A stretch of 64,000 nucleotides of DNA from an archaeon (lineage in GTDB: Archaea; Nanobdellota; Nanobdellia; Woesearchaeales; GW2011-AR9). Of this stretch, positions 29,887 through 40,900 are shown in pieces. Below the pieces are notes generated by a model. The model had not been told where the DNA came from. It made no database searches and worked only from the letters and a program-made list of their open reading frames with translations. The DNA lies in assembly GCA_018670085.1 (NCBI GenBank), contig JABHRS010000037.1:28500-92499 (forward strand), read 5' to 3'. The position numbers and the translations under genes are program-made. Position 1 is the first letter of the stretch. Each line of letters begins with the position of its first letter.

Positions 29887-30780
29887 TCATTTTTGCACCA
29901 GATAAAACAACTCATTACTGGTTTCGAACTTCTCTACTGTATACTCTAATCTTTTACAAAGCAGTTCAACCCATTTTCTTTGTGGATAACGCATAGGCTT
30001 ACCACTACGTGTAACTGTTGGAAAAGAGATTAAAACAAAACTAGCAGCAACTGCATTCAAAACTTTCTCAGTTTGTTTATGTCCATTTCCTCGATCCAAA
30101 TGATCAGTTAATTTTAGCATTAAAGCCAGATCCACTGATTTTAAAGATCCAAGTAATTTAATATCTTTGGAATTTGTCAAATTCAAAATTTTAGAATTCC
30201 CTTCAAAACCATCATAAAATAAAGCCAATTTAGAAAATAACAATTCCAACAATTCCTTCTCTGAATTATTAATATCAACTGCAGTATAACTCATCCCTTG
30301 TAATTTACTTTTTGTCAAATAAACTAAAGAAAACGGATGTAAACCAGCACCTAAGTCAAGAACAGTTTGCAATTTTGGGATTTTAGATATAATCCATTTA
30401 TAGAAAACTTGATAATCTTCTACCCTTTCAGAGCTTGATGCATGTGCAATCAAAATTTTCTTTGAAACATTCTTCAAATGAGTCAATGAAGCAAGTTCTG
30501 AAAGTTCATCTGCAAAGCGCAGATAATCTAAACTACGATTTCCTACACCAAACATTGAATGTGCGCGTCTAAGTTTTGAGCGAACAGCACTAACTATTCG
30601 TTTAAACTCTTTGCTACGAGGGTTAATCTTTTTAGAGTTCAGATATTTTTTTGCAATCGAATCCCTCATTAAAAAAGCTTTAAACTCAGAAATAGCAAAC
30701 GATCTATCAACGGAGCTTAATTCTTTTTTTATTAAAATAGCATCAACCATCAATTTTTGATTACTAGAAACAGCCACCAT
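29887..30780 (-). CDS. Class I SAM-dependent methyltransferase (possibly RNA methyltransferase)
   Basis: VLDLGAGLHPFSL (motif I GxGxG) followed by AVDIN (motif II acidic residue). Confidence 0.55.
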   Translation of the reverse strand: MVAVSSNQKLMVDAILIKKELSSVDRSFAISEFKAFLMRDSIAKKYLNSKKINPRSKEFKRIVSAVRSKLRRAHSMFGVGNRSLDYLRFADELSELASLTHLKNVSKKILIAHASSSERVEDYQVFYKWIISKIPKLQTVLDLGAGLHPFSLVYLTKSKLQGMSYTAVDINNSEKELLELLFSKLALFYDGFEGNSKILNLTNSKDIKLLGSLKSVDLALMLKLTDHLDRGNGHKQTEKVLNAVAASFVLISFPTVTRSGKPMRYPQRKWVELLCKRLEYTVEKFETSNELFYLVQK

Positions 30781-30842
30781 CTATCAAAGAATAGTCTCTC
30801 AATATAAAAAGCTTTTTAAGGATTGAAAAAAACATTAAGACA

Positions 30843-31523
30843 GTGAAGACTTACGATAAACTTAAACTACTTGGACGAAAGACCTGGCACTTTCTCTGGC
30901 ATGACGAATCCATGTGGAGTTGGCTTGCAAATATTGTAATTGCATTCATCATTATTAAATTTATTTTCTACCCATTATTAGGATTAGTCCTAGGTACTGG
31001 GTTTCCAGTTGTTGCTGTTGTATCAGAAAGTATGGAACATAAATTATACAATGGAGAAATTTGTGGACAAGAATACGATTACTTCCCAAGTGGGTTTGAT
31101 AATTGGTGGGAAGTTTGTAGTTATTGGTATACAAATGAAGAGATTGATATTACAAAAGAGCAATTCGAAGAATTCCCCATACACAATGGATTCAATAAAG
31201 GTGACATCATAGTTCTTTGGCGTGCGAATGTTAACAACATTGATGTTGGTGACATCTTAGTATTTCAGTCTACAAAATCACAACCTATTATTCATCGAGT
31301 GGTTAAAATTTGGACAACTGAAAAAGAGAACGGAGAATTAGAATACCATTATCAAACCAAAGGAGACCATAATAGCGACTCATTTGCTGGATATCTTGGA
31401 GAAGATGACATCACAATTGATCGAGTTTATGGACAATCATTGTTTAGAATTCCTTTCCTTGGGTATATTAAAATCATCTTTGCAACTATTTTGCAATTGT
31501 TTGGAATTAATATTGTTGGGTAA
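30843..31523 (+). CDS. Signal peptidase I, archaeal/eukaryal SPC18-like (S26B)
   Basis: N-terminal TM, then PVVAVVSESMEH (SxSMxP box) and GDHN (archaeal/eukaryal GDNN/GDHN box). Confidence 0.75.
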   Translation: MKTYDKLKLLGRKTWHFLWHDESMWSWLANIVIAFIIIKFIFYPLLGLVLGTGFPVVAVVSESMEHKLYNGEICGQEYDYFPSGFDNWWEVCSYWYTNEEIDITKEQFEEFPIHNGFNKGDIIVLWRANVNNIDVGDILVFQSTKSQPIIHRVVKIWTTEKENGELEYHYQTKGDHNSDSFAGYLGEDDITIDRVYGQSLFRIPFLGYIKIIFATILQLFGINIVG

Positions 31524-31554
31524 GTTTATATCTATAATCACCATAAATTGAAAC

Positions 31555-32022
31555 ATGACAACAACAACTGCAAACCCAAGTGATATGATTCAAGTAGCAC
31601 AGCTTCTCAAAGAGTTCTATCCAACTCACAATTTATTCAATCAAACTGAAGACAAAATAGCAACTTACTTACAAACAGAATCAATTAATCATAAACTATT
31701 AATTTGCAAAAATGAAAATAAAGAAATTGTTGCAAGTAGTTTCGTTGTCAAAACCGGCGAATCTAGTGATCAATCACATAGCAGGTGGAAATTTCGCCAT
31801 TTCGCCTTTGTAAGTGAAGCAGCTGCAAAAGAATTATTGACTGCCTCTGAAGATTTAGTTAAAGGTCAATCCAAAACTGCAAAAATTGAACTCACAATTT
31901 CTGAAAGAGAAAAGAGTCTAAGTTTCTTTGAATCAAATGAATATAAGAAAGAAGGAACTTTAGCTAATCATTATCGTTGGAACGAATCCTGCTATATTCT
32001 TAGTAAAAGTTTTAGCAAATAA
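31555..32022 (+). CDS. GNAT-fold acetyltransferase-like protein (tentative)
   Basis: C-terminal ...FESNEYKKEGTLANHYRWNESCYILSK resembles the GNAT beta6-beta7 motif. Confidence 0.4.
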   Translation: MTTTTANPSDMIQVAQLLKEFYPTHNLFNQTEDKIATYLQTESINHKLLICKNENKEIVASSFVVKTGESSDQSHSRWKFRHFAFVSEAAAKELLTASEDLVKGQSKTAKIELTISEREKSLSFFESNEYKKEGTLANHYRWNESCYILSKSFSK

Positions 32023-32094
32023 GTATAATTAGCTTCAAAAGATATTTAAAGCATTAAATTTCTGTTAAACTATAACAAACATAAAGGTGAAAGA

Positions 32095-32613
32095 ATGAAT
32101 CTATTAACTGATATTGCCCCTGGAACTGAAGACAACATGAATGTAATCATTGAAATTCCAGAAGGCTCAAGAAACAAATACGAATACGATAAAAAAAACA
32201 ATATTTTCGCATTAGATAGGCCACTAAATAGTAAATTTGCATATCCTGCGGACTACGGTTTTATTCCGCAAACACACTGCGATGATGGTGATCCATTAAA
32301 TGCATTTGTATTAATGCGTGAACCTGTATTTCCAGGAATTTTAGTACCAGCAAGACCTGTTGCTGTTTTGATTATGGAAGACGGTGGCGAACAAGATGAC
32401 AAACTAGTTTGTGTTCCAATCAAAGATAAGTATGCAGATAAAATTCAAGACAAAGAAGATCTCCCAGAACAACTTCTAAAAGAGATCAAACACTTTTTAG
32501 AACATTATAAAGATGTTAAAGGTGGGAATGTGAAAATTACTGCAATCGAAGGTAAAGCAAAAGCAATTGAAGTGTTTAAAGCATCAATTGAACTTTACAA
32601 ACAACAAAAGTAG
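32095..32613 (+). CDS. ppa: Inorganic pyrophosphatase
   Basis: IIEIPEGSRNKYEYDK...DGDPLD: canonical family I PPase motifs. Confidence 0.9.
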   Translation: MNLLTDIAPGTEDNMNVIIEIPEGSRNKYEYDKKNNIFALDRPLNSKFAYPADYGFIPQTHCDDGDPLNAFVLMREPVFPGILVPARPVAVLIMEDGGEQDDKLVCVPIKDKYADKIQDKEDLPEQLLKEIKHFLEHYKDVKGGNVKITAIEGKAKAIEVFKASIELYKQQK

Positions 32614-32722
32614 ATTATTTTTTCTTTTTAATTTTTATTTCTCTTATTTTTTTCTCTTATCAAGATTAAATTTATAAATTCAAGCAGAACAGTTATTAAA
32701 AAACAACCAAAACTCAAAGATT

Positions 32723-33163
32723 ATGCACCGAGAACCACTTTACTACATAGCACCAGTTGATAGTTTAGACTCAATTCTAAAAAAAGGAATTCTCACTCCA
32801 AAAGAAGTGCAAAGATTAATTGCAGAAAAAGAACTCCCTGCAGAAGTCTTAGGAGTTTCTTACGGTGGATTAGATTCATCAAATTTTCCAGATTATGTGT
32901 CAATGATTAGCAGTTTCAGTTTTGCAAAAGCAGTTGCAGAACAGATTTGTTTTGCCAAAACAGGACGATACAATGATTTTAATTTTACGGCAATTGGCTA
33001 CCGGATAAGAGCTGAGATCAGAGATTTGCCAGGATTCAAAAACGAAGATCAAGTTAAAGAGATGAGTCAAGAACCTTACCCTTCAGAAGTATTATTTGAA
33101 GGAAATATCCCCCCAGAATATATTCTCAAAAGAAGATTCAATGTTAGAACATATTCTTACTAA
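32723..33163 (+). CDS. Hypothetical protein
   Basis: ORF only. Confidence 0.4.
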   Translation: MHREPLYYIAPVDSLDSILKKGILTPKEVQRLIAEKELPAEVLGVSYGGLDSSNFPDYVSMISSFSFAKAVAEQICFAKTGRYNDFNFTAIGYRIRAEIRDLPGFKNEDQVKEMSQEPYPSEVLFEGNIPPEYILKRRFNVRTYSY

Positions 33164-33225
33164 AAAACTACAGACAAAAAATATTAAACAAAAGATTTAA
33201 CTAAAACAAAAAAAATAAAACAATC

Positions 33226-33798
33226 TTGGTAACATTCAACACAATTCTTGGGATTTTTGCAATCATCATTTCACTAATTGCCTACATCCCATATTTTAGA
33301 GACATATTCAAAGGTAAAACAAAACCGCACGCTTATACTTGGCTTGTTTGGTCAATCTTAACTGCAATCGCTTTCGTCGCTCAAATTCTTGATGGTGCAG
33401 GAGCTGGTGCTTGGATTACAGCAGTCATATCAGTTGTTAGTATTACAATTTTTGTTTTAGCTTTAAACAGAGGAGAAAAAAACATCACCAAATCTGACAA
33501 GCTTAGTTTAGCTGCAGCATTTATCGCTTTACTACTTTGGTGGCTAACAAGCAGCCCATTAACTTCAATTATTTTGATAACTTTAGTTGACTTTTTTGCA
33601 TTCTATCCAACTATTCGAAAATCATACCACAAACCAATGGAAGAAACACTTTCAACTTACCTACTAGATGGAATTGCTTTTGTGTTTGCTGTCATCGCAC
33701 TTGAAAACTTCAGCATCATTTCAGCCTTGTACCCAGTTGCTTTAGTCTTTCTAAATCTAGGATTTGTATTGTTTTTAATGATTAGAAGAAAAAAATAA
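33226..33798 (+). CDS. Polytopic membrane protein (5-6 TM)
   Basis: Alternating hydrophobic helices throughout. Confidence 0.5.
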   Translation: MVTFNTILGIFAIIISLIAYIPYFRDIFKGKTKPHAYTWLVWSILTAIAFVAQILDGAGAGAWITAVISVVSITIFVLALNRGEKNITKSDKLSLAAAFIALLLWWLTSSPLTSIILITLVDFFAFYPTIRKSYHKPMEETLSTYLLDGIAFVFAVIALENFSIISALYPVALVFLNLGFVLFLMIRRKK

Positions 33799-33825
33799 AA
33801 TTCGTAATAAACTAAGAACAAAAAA

Positions 33826-34227
33826 TTAATCATACATCCTAGGATCTACGCCCTTAAACTCCTGTACACCTTCAAACAAAGCCTCAGCAATGTTTACATC
33901 TTCATCATACAAAGCAGAAATTATTGCCCGATTTCTAATTTCTGGCAGAACATATAATTCACAATTCCTCTCAACTTCTTTTGCCCGAACTGCATAACAA
34001 TAATCTTCTTCAATTTTACGAACCAGGTCTGCAATGTCTCCTGGTCTATAATCTAAAACTCTACCAACTTCAGCAGCTTCAAACAAATAACTTGTTGAAA
34101 CACCCAAACGATACAATTCAGACTCATATTTATCCATATTTTCAAAAGAATCAATATCAACACCATCCCCCACTAATTGATCATATAATCTCTGATTTCT
34201 AGCCCAAGTATCTAAATTTAAACCCAT
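33826..34227 (-). CDS. Acidic hypothetical protein
   Basis: ORF only. Confidence 0.4.
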   Translation of the reverse strand: MGLNLDTWARNQRLYDQLVGDGVDIDSFENMDKYESELYRLGVSTSYLFEAAEVGRVLDYRPGDIADLVRKIEEDYCYAVRAKEVERNCELYVLPEIRNRAIISALYDEDVNIAEALFEGVQEFKGVDPRMYD

Positions 34228-34372
34228 TTCAGATATAAAAACATATACAGTATTTATAAGAATTATAGTTTCACAGTATATAGCTTTGGAAGAAAAAGAA
34301 AAAACACCCCTTAATTTAAATAATATCCAAAATAATTTCTAAACCAAAGAGTCATAATATTCACTAAGCAAA

Positions 34373-34987
34373 ATGAATTACGAAAGCCAACTATTTGAAA
34401 TCGCACCTTCAATCAGAGAAGTAATGCTAAGTTCCAAGAGGTTGAACAATGGCAGTTTCTTAAGAGGCCGAACTGGGTGGATCAGAAGAGGAATAAAAAA
34501 TCCAGAATCAATTTATGAACATTCTTGTAAAGTTGCATTAGCTGCGTTCTACTTATTTGGAAATAATGAAGCACTTGAACTTGGAGCAATTCATGATTTT
34601 CCAGAGATATTCGAAGTAGACCATATCCCATGGGAAATTGATAATCTTGAAAAAATGTCCAGGGAGTATGCAGTTATGAGAAAATTAAAAGAGATTTTAC
34701 CAAATGGAAATCATTGGTATAATGTTTGGGACAAATATGAAACTAGAACAGGTATTGGAGAACTGGTTTATGAGTTAGATAAAATTTGTCCAGTGATTCA
34801 AGCAATAGAATATCTACCTGATTATCCTAACAACGATCTTGAAGAGTTCTATTCTTACACAAAAAAGAAAATAAGAAATCCTAAACTTCTCACATTACTA
34901 GACGAAATGTGGCTAAAGAGAGAAGAACATACAAAAAATGTTTATCAAGTATATTTTGACAAATTAAAAAAAATTCAGATAAATTAA
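34373..34987 (+). CDS. HD-domain phosphohydrolase (YfbR-like 5'-deoxynucleotidase type)
   Basis: IYEHSCKVALAA...GAIHDFPEIFEVDHIP (H...HD...D). Confidence 0.5.
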   Translation: MNYESQLFEIAPSIREVMLSSKRLNNGSFLRGRTGWIRRGIKNPESIYEHSCKVALAAFYLFGNNEALELGAIHDFPEIFEVDHIPWEIDNLEKMSREYAVMRKLKEILPNGNHWYNVWDKYETRTGIGELVYELDKICPVIQAIEYLPDYPNNDLEEFYSYTKKKIRNPKLLTLLDEMWLKREEHTKNVYQVYFDKLKKIQIN

Positions 34988-35032
34988 CAACAAATGATTA
35001 AAAAATAAAAATTACAAAAGATTATAGAAAAC

Positions 35033-35818
35033 TCAGACCTTCACAGTATACACAAAGACTTCATCCCAAGGATTTTCTAAATGCATCATTTCTTTAACAC
35101 TAAGTTTCTCAAAATAACGACGCAATGGGCGCATAGAGTTCCCATGCACAGAAAGCGCAACGTTCACATGATACTTCTTAGAAATATTCAACAAGTCAGA
35201 GATAAATGATTTAACCCGTTTCTCAACATCTTTAATCGATTCTCCACCAGGAGGAGTAACTGAATATCCTCGTCTAATATGCATCAAATCCTTTTTACCA
35301 AATTTATCAATTAGTTCTTTCGTTTTGTTATAATTCAAAAAATCAGTTTTATGCCAATGCAGATATTCAACTAGATCGTGTTTACCTTCACTTTTTACAA
35401 ACCAAGTATGAGTTTTCCCTTCTAACTCACCGTATGAACGTTCAATTAATCTGTCATCACATAGCTTCACCTTCAGTTCAGAATGACCAGATAACGCAAT
35501 TTCCATGGTATCAACACTTCGAGAAAGTGATGAGTGAAAAGCAACGTCCACATGTTTTGAGTGCATTTTTTTGGCAACTTTTCTAGCATCCACTTTACCA
35601 AGATCAGTAAGTTTTGAATCACGCCATCCACAAAATTTGTGTAATTGATTAAATGAAGTATGCCCATGACGAAATACAAATATCTTTACAGTTTTACGCG
35701 CAGCATGTTTTTTAGTCCATTCATGTTTGCGATTCAAAACTGCCATCCGTGATTCTAAATATGTCATAAAAGAAGGATAATTTTTAAGTAGAAAAAGCTT
35801 TCTGTTATCATATGTCAA
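35033..35818 (-). CDS. Histidine phosphatase (phosphoglycerate mutase family) protein
   Basis: IFVFRHGHTSFN (RHGxTxxN catalytic motif) plus downstream His and Glu residues. Confidence 0.65.
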   Translation of the reverse strand: MTYDNRKLFLLKNYPSFMTYLESRMAVLNRKHEWTKKHAARKTVKIFVFRHGHTSFNQLHKFCGWRDSKLTDLGKVDARKVAKKMHSKHVDVAFHSSLSRSVDTMEIALSGHSELKVKLCDDRLIERSYGELEGKTHTWFVKSEGKHDLVEYLHWHKTDFLNYNKTKELIDKFGKKDLMHIRRGYSVTPPGGESIKDVEKRVKSFISDLLNISKKYHVNVALSVHGNSMRPLRRYFEKLSVKEMMHLENPWDEVFVYTVKV

Positions 35819-36426
35819 TATTCACAAAGATCAGATCATTCTTTGCAAAAAAAGAACCAGAAGCAGCAATTGTTCCAGTTACAAAAAAAGCAAACAAACA
35901 ACCAAGTAAAGAAGAGATCAGAGCAAAACAAAATAGAGCAAATCAACTTCTAAAAGATCAATTAGCAAAAGAAAAAACAAAAAAAGAGAATAAAGCAAAG
36001 AAACAAGCTTCAAAGACAACTAAGATTCCAGGAGCAAAAATTACAAAAGAAAAAACAACAACAAAGAAAAAAATGTATTCCCCCTCTAAAGAAAAACAAG
36101 CAGCATCTTTAGCCACAAAAAATAATACAGTTCTTTACATCACAGCTACTACTAAACGGCTTAAAGTAATTGAGTGGAGAAAATTAAAACCAAAAACATT
36201 ACTCAACAAAGAGCGTGAAGTAAGACGTACTCATAAAGGTGGGTTTAGTCAGGAAAAGTTTCAAAGTTTTGTAGATTCTCAAAAAGCCAAGACAGCTGAT
36301 TGGGTAGAAAGTAACCTGACAAAACATGGCGTACTTAGGCCACCGTTTGATGAAATTATTATTGATATTGTAGATGAGAAAGTTAAGAGAAGAGTAGAAA
36401 AGGTAGTTGAAAGTTTGAAGTTCTAA
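35812..36426 (+). CDS. Lys-rich hypothetical protein
   Basis: ORF. Extremely basic N-terminal half. Confidence 0.4.
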   Translation: MSIFTKIRSFFAKKEPEAAIVPVTKKANKQPSKEEIRAKQNRANQLLKDQLAKEKTKKENKAKKQASKTTKIPGAKITKEKTTTKKKMYSPSKEKQAASLATKNNTVLYITATTKRLKVIEWRKLKPKTLLNKEREVRRTHKGGFSQEKFQSFVDSQKAKTADWVESNLTKHGVLRPPFDEIIIDIVDEKVKRRVEKVVESLKF

Positions 36427-36628
36427 AATCCCAGTAAGATTACTAGTAAACTACAAAAATCACCATTTTTGAGCTTCTAGGATTTTTACACAAATCCTAG
36501 TAAACTTTATAAACCAGATTCAAATAAACCACTTGTTACAATTAAGCGCCAAAGAAGTGATGCTCTAAGGTACTTAGCTTCAAAAAATCATAAAAAATTA
36601 ATCAAAATAACAATTTAGGAGAATAAAT

Positions 36629-37333
36629 ATGGCAAAACAAAGTGTAGATGCATTAATTGAAGGTGGAAAGGCAACAGCAGCACCACCATTAGGTCCAGCT
36701 CTTGGTCCAACCGGAGTAAATATTGGTCTAGTAGTAGCTGAAATTAACAAAAAAACTGGCGATTTTAAAGGAATGAAAGTTCCAGTAAAAGTAACCATCG
36801 ATACTGAAACAAAGGAATTCGAAATTTCAATTGGAACCCCACCAGCTGCTCAACTAATCAAAAAAGAAGCTGGAGTAAAATCAGGTGCAGCTAATCCATT
36901 AACAGAAAAAGTTGCAGATTTACTTATTGAACAGATCATTAAAGTTTCAAACATGAAGCAAGACTCATTGCTTGGTAACGATACCAAAGCAAGAGTACGT
37001 GAGATTGTCGGAACTTGTCAATCAATGGGTATTATGGTTGAAGGAATGTCAGCAGCTGACGCTCTTGTAGCTATTGCTGAGGGTAAATTTGATGCAAAAA
37101 TTGCAAGCGGTAAAACAGAATTAACTGCTGAAGAACTAAAACATCAAGAAGAAGAAAAAATCAGATTAGCAGGAGAACTTGCTGAGAAGAAAAAAGTCTT
37201 TGTTGCTGAAGGAAATACTATCTTGAAATTAATGGAAGGAAAAGATGTTAAGAAAATCAGACAGAAAATGACTGAATCCGGAATTCCAATGACTGTGGTT
37301 AATGAATTAGCTCCAGCAGAAGAAAAGAAGTAA
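36629..37333 (+). CDS. rpl11: 50S ribosomal protein L11 with an approx. 90-aa C-terminal extension
   Basis: AAPPLGPALGPTGVNIG...KEFEISIGTPPAAQLIKKEAG canonical L11. SD taggagaa 8 nt upstream. 234 aa vs about 160 aa typical. Confidence 0.85.
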   Translation: MAKQSVDALIEGGKATAAPPLGPALGPTGVNIGLVVAEINKKTGDFKGMKVPVKVTIDTETKEFEISIGTPPAAQLIKKEAGVKSGAANPLTEKVADLLIEQIIKVSNMKQDSLLGNDTKARVREIVGTCQSMGIMVEGMSAADALVAIAEGKFDAKIASGKTELTAEELKHQEEEKIRLAGELAEKKKVFVAEGNTILKLMEGKDVKKIRQKMTESGIPMTVVNELAPAEEKK

Positions 37334-37464
37334 ACTTCTAATTTCTAAATTTTTATTTTTTTTATTTTTTTTAGTATACCAATCAGACAGAAGAAAAGTT
37401 ATGAATCCTCTCACAACATGGATCCTAAATTTTAAAGAATTTTATAAGAACTTACTTTATTACT

Positions 37465-37836
37465 TTACTGCTTCTTTGTAGGGATAGGCCTTGATCTTAC
37501 ACCAGTTCTGGTCTTAGATCTAACGCTTGATCTGTTTACAGTTCCAGAACTTACTGGAGCTCTAACTGGCGAACTTAGCACAGGTCTTAATCTGCCACCA
37601 CCAACTTTCAAATGATCCAACTCCTCAATTTCAGCTTTTTTAATTGACAAAATAGAAGAAGATAGATTTTCAACCAGCTCCAATACTTTTTTCGCTTTAT
37701 TCATTTGTTTCATTAAAAGCATCACAACAACAATTGCTTCAAGTAGCAAGAGCCCAGCTATAATAGAGAGAACAAATACTATTTCAACTAAAGGAACATC
37801 AACACCAAATACTAACATTTCATCCAAACCTCTCAA
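37465..37836 (-). CDS. Small membrane protein with a Ser/Arg-rich tail
   Basis: One long hydrophobic helix, then a basic, low-complexity C-terminus. Confidence 0.4.
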   Translation of the reverse strand: MRGLDEMLVFGVDVPLVEIVFVLSIIAGLLLLEAIVVVMLLMKQMNKAKKVLELVENLSSSILSIKKAEIEELDHLKVGGGRLRPVLSSPVRAPVSSGTVNRSSVRSKTRTGVRSRPIPTKKQ

Positions 37837-37912
37837 TAAAACAATTTACTATGACCTTTACTATAACCATAATTATGATCATAACTACGATCACCAATTA
37901 TAACTATCATTT

Positions 37913-40900
37913 TCATGCATTTAAATCTTTCCTTAATTCCCCTAGATGATCTTTCATCCCACCTAAAGTATCAAACAATACTGGTCGAACTGGACCAAAA
38001 ACAAAAATAATCAAACATCCCCCAACAATCAATAATAAAAACAGAAATGCAATTTTTGCTTCTCGGTTTGGCAGAGTATCTTGATAAATAATGTAGGCTG
38101 CTTCTTCAGTCTGTTCATAAGCTACACTCACAATTTGAGAAAACGAAATTGCAGCAGTCATATCTGAAACTAATGCACCAGTCAACGAGTTCCCACCTTC
38201 CTCATAATTTTCCAGATCAGTTGATTCAGATTCCAATTCACTAGCTGCTATTTCGGATTCAATAGTATCTTGCAGATCATTTTCTGAGTCCAAATCAAGT
38301 AAAAAAGACTGAGAAGACAATTTACCCCTATCATCAGAGATCACCATATCAACAACATATTTACCACTTGAAAGCTGATCTGGATTATAACCAAACTTCT
38401 GTGCAAATACAAATCCTTCTTGATCAGAATCCACCCCTTCTAATTGAGTCGAAATATCATACGGTCCATAAACATCAGTAAATAAAATTCTTGAATCTGA
38501 TCCAGTCAGTAATGATCCTAAAAATGAAAATTTCCCACCTAAGTTTCCGAAACTACCTTCAGAAACATCTCTTAAACTAATTTCTAAATACTGACCATCG
38601 TAAACAGTGAACCCTGAATACGGATCAAATGAATCAATTAATTCACCTGGAATTCCAGCAATTGCTCCTGTTAAGCCATTAGCACTAACAGAATCAGTTA
38701 CAGACTGGATTAAAGAAGAATCAGTTTTTTCTCTTTCAATAATTACTGCAAAAACATCAATACTATTTCCATCTTCACTAGGTACAACTGAACTTGTAGT
38801 CACAACTTCACGCTTTATTTCTAATTCTTGAGTATAAACAGCTTCATCAGAAAGGTCCCCATCTTCTCCAGCAAAAAATGCCACTGTCACAAAAGTGTTA
38901 CTTGTAGTTGCATAACCACCTGTAACTTCTACTTGAACATTTTCAGTACTTCCAGGTGCAATTACAATTCTTTCAATTGCCCCAAGTGATGCACTAACCA
39001 TATCACTAGACACAGCAGATGAGGAAACTTTTAATGCACTGCCACCACTAGTGGCACCATCATATACTTTTCTTGTGATTACAGGTTTTACATCTTCAAC
39101 TTCTTGTGTTGCAATTGGTTTTAGAACCATTGATTTTTCTAAATCAGTATTTTGAATCGATAAAGTAATTTTTTCTCTTGGCAATTCTGCAACTCTTCTT
39201 GCATCATATGAACTATCTACTACAGCTGCAGTTTTTTGAGAGATATCAGAACTACCAAAATCAGCCTCAGATCCAGATTCAGATCCAGAACTATCACCAG
39301 TAGATGATCCACTTGAAGTACTGCCAGCATCGCCTGCTAAATTAGAACTTTCACTACCAGTATCATCAGTTTCACCTGACACTTCACTTATTTCTCCATC
39401 AGGACCAATAATTGTTCCGATGACAGGTGCATCCACAGGTTCAGAATCAATTAAATTTACTATTAAATTCTCTTTAACTAATTCAGGCGCCAATATTTCA
39501 TCAGCTGGAGGTAACTCAGCATTTATTGGTCCAACTACTTGACCTTCTTGTGTTGGTGCATATGCAACTGACCCATCAGAATCAGTGTTGCCTGAATCAG
39601 CTATATTACTATCAGCATCACTCCCCTCAGTTTCCGAATTTTCAGATTCTGAATTACTCTCTTCTGAAGATTCACTTTCACCACTATTCCCACTACTCCC
39701 ACTACTTCCGCTACCGCTACTTTCACAATCTTTTACTTCAATTGGTTTTCCATTATCTACACCACAAGCATTTGAATCCACACAACTTCTTGCTTGGGTA
39801 CTCCCAGTACATGCTTGCCATGCTCCACAAGACCAACTTGGAGAACAACTAAGTAATGGGAAATAATCCTCTACAGGTTCGGAATCAGTTATAGACACAG
39901 TATATGGAAGCAAAGTATCACCAACACCATCATAACTTACATTATTAGGATAAGATGAACCAGATCCATCATCTAAACCAGTATAGTTTTGCCAATAATT
40001 TCCACCAGTACAATTTCCACTGAGAATATTCAAATAATCATCTGAACAACCATAACTAATATTGTAAGTATTATTCCCTGCTGCCAAAATATTATTTCTA
40101 GTAGCGTTAAATTTATTATTATAAATTGAATTATCAAAACCCCAAGATAAATTTAATCCAGTGACTAAATTCTCAGCAACATTTCCTTCAATAGTACTAC
40201 TGTTCACATCTTCAAGTAAAAAACCATATTCTTCCGCACTAATAATTGACACATTAGTGATATTAACTGAACTTGCATGTCTAATTACAAAAGAATTTTC
40301 AAAGTCATCTACAAATCCATTTTTGATAACTAAACTACTTATATTCCCAATTGAAAAAGCATTTCCAGTATCATCACCGTTTATAGAATAACCTGCAAGG
40401 TCAATTACCAAACTGTTAGTTTCGATATCAAAACAATCTCCAGCAGCGTTAATATCTTCTGTTAAAGTCACACTACTAGTGAGAGTTCCACAACTAAGAT
40501 CAGCATCAGAGACGTTAATAATCACAGTTGCATTAGCATGACTAAGGCTAGTCAAGTTGATAGTTGAATTAACTGCGATGTCATATCCACTTTTTATTCC
40601 TTCAACAAAATGAGGTGTAGCATAATCCCATCCAGTAGAACTGATGGTTCCCTCAGACACAATTTGTCCAAGCACAAAACCATCACTTCCAGTTGTTGCA
40701 CTTAAAACAGACAGATTACTAATATTATAAATGTTAACTGTCGCTGCATTTACAGCTATTCCTGTTGAATTACTAACATTTACATCAACATACCACTGAA
40801 GCAAAATACTCGCATTTGACCCTGGATCAAAAGAGACATTATTTTTATCAAAAGTTACATTTCTAAAAATATGATCCCCTTGTAAACCAGCAACTTCATT

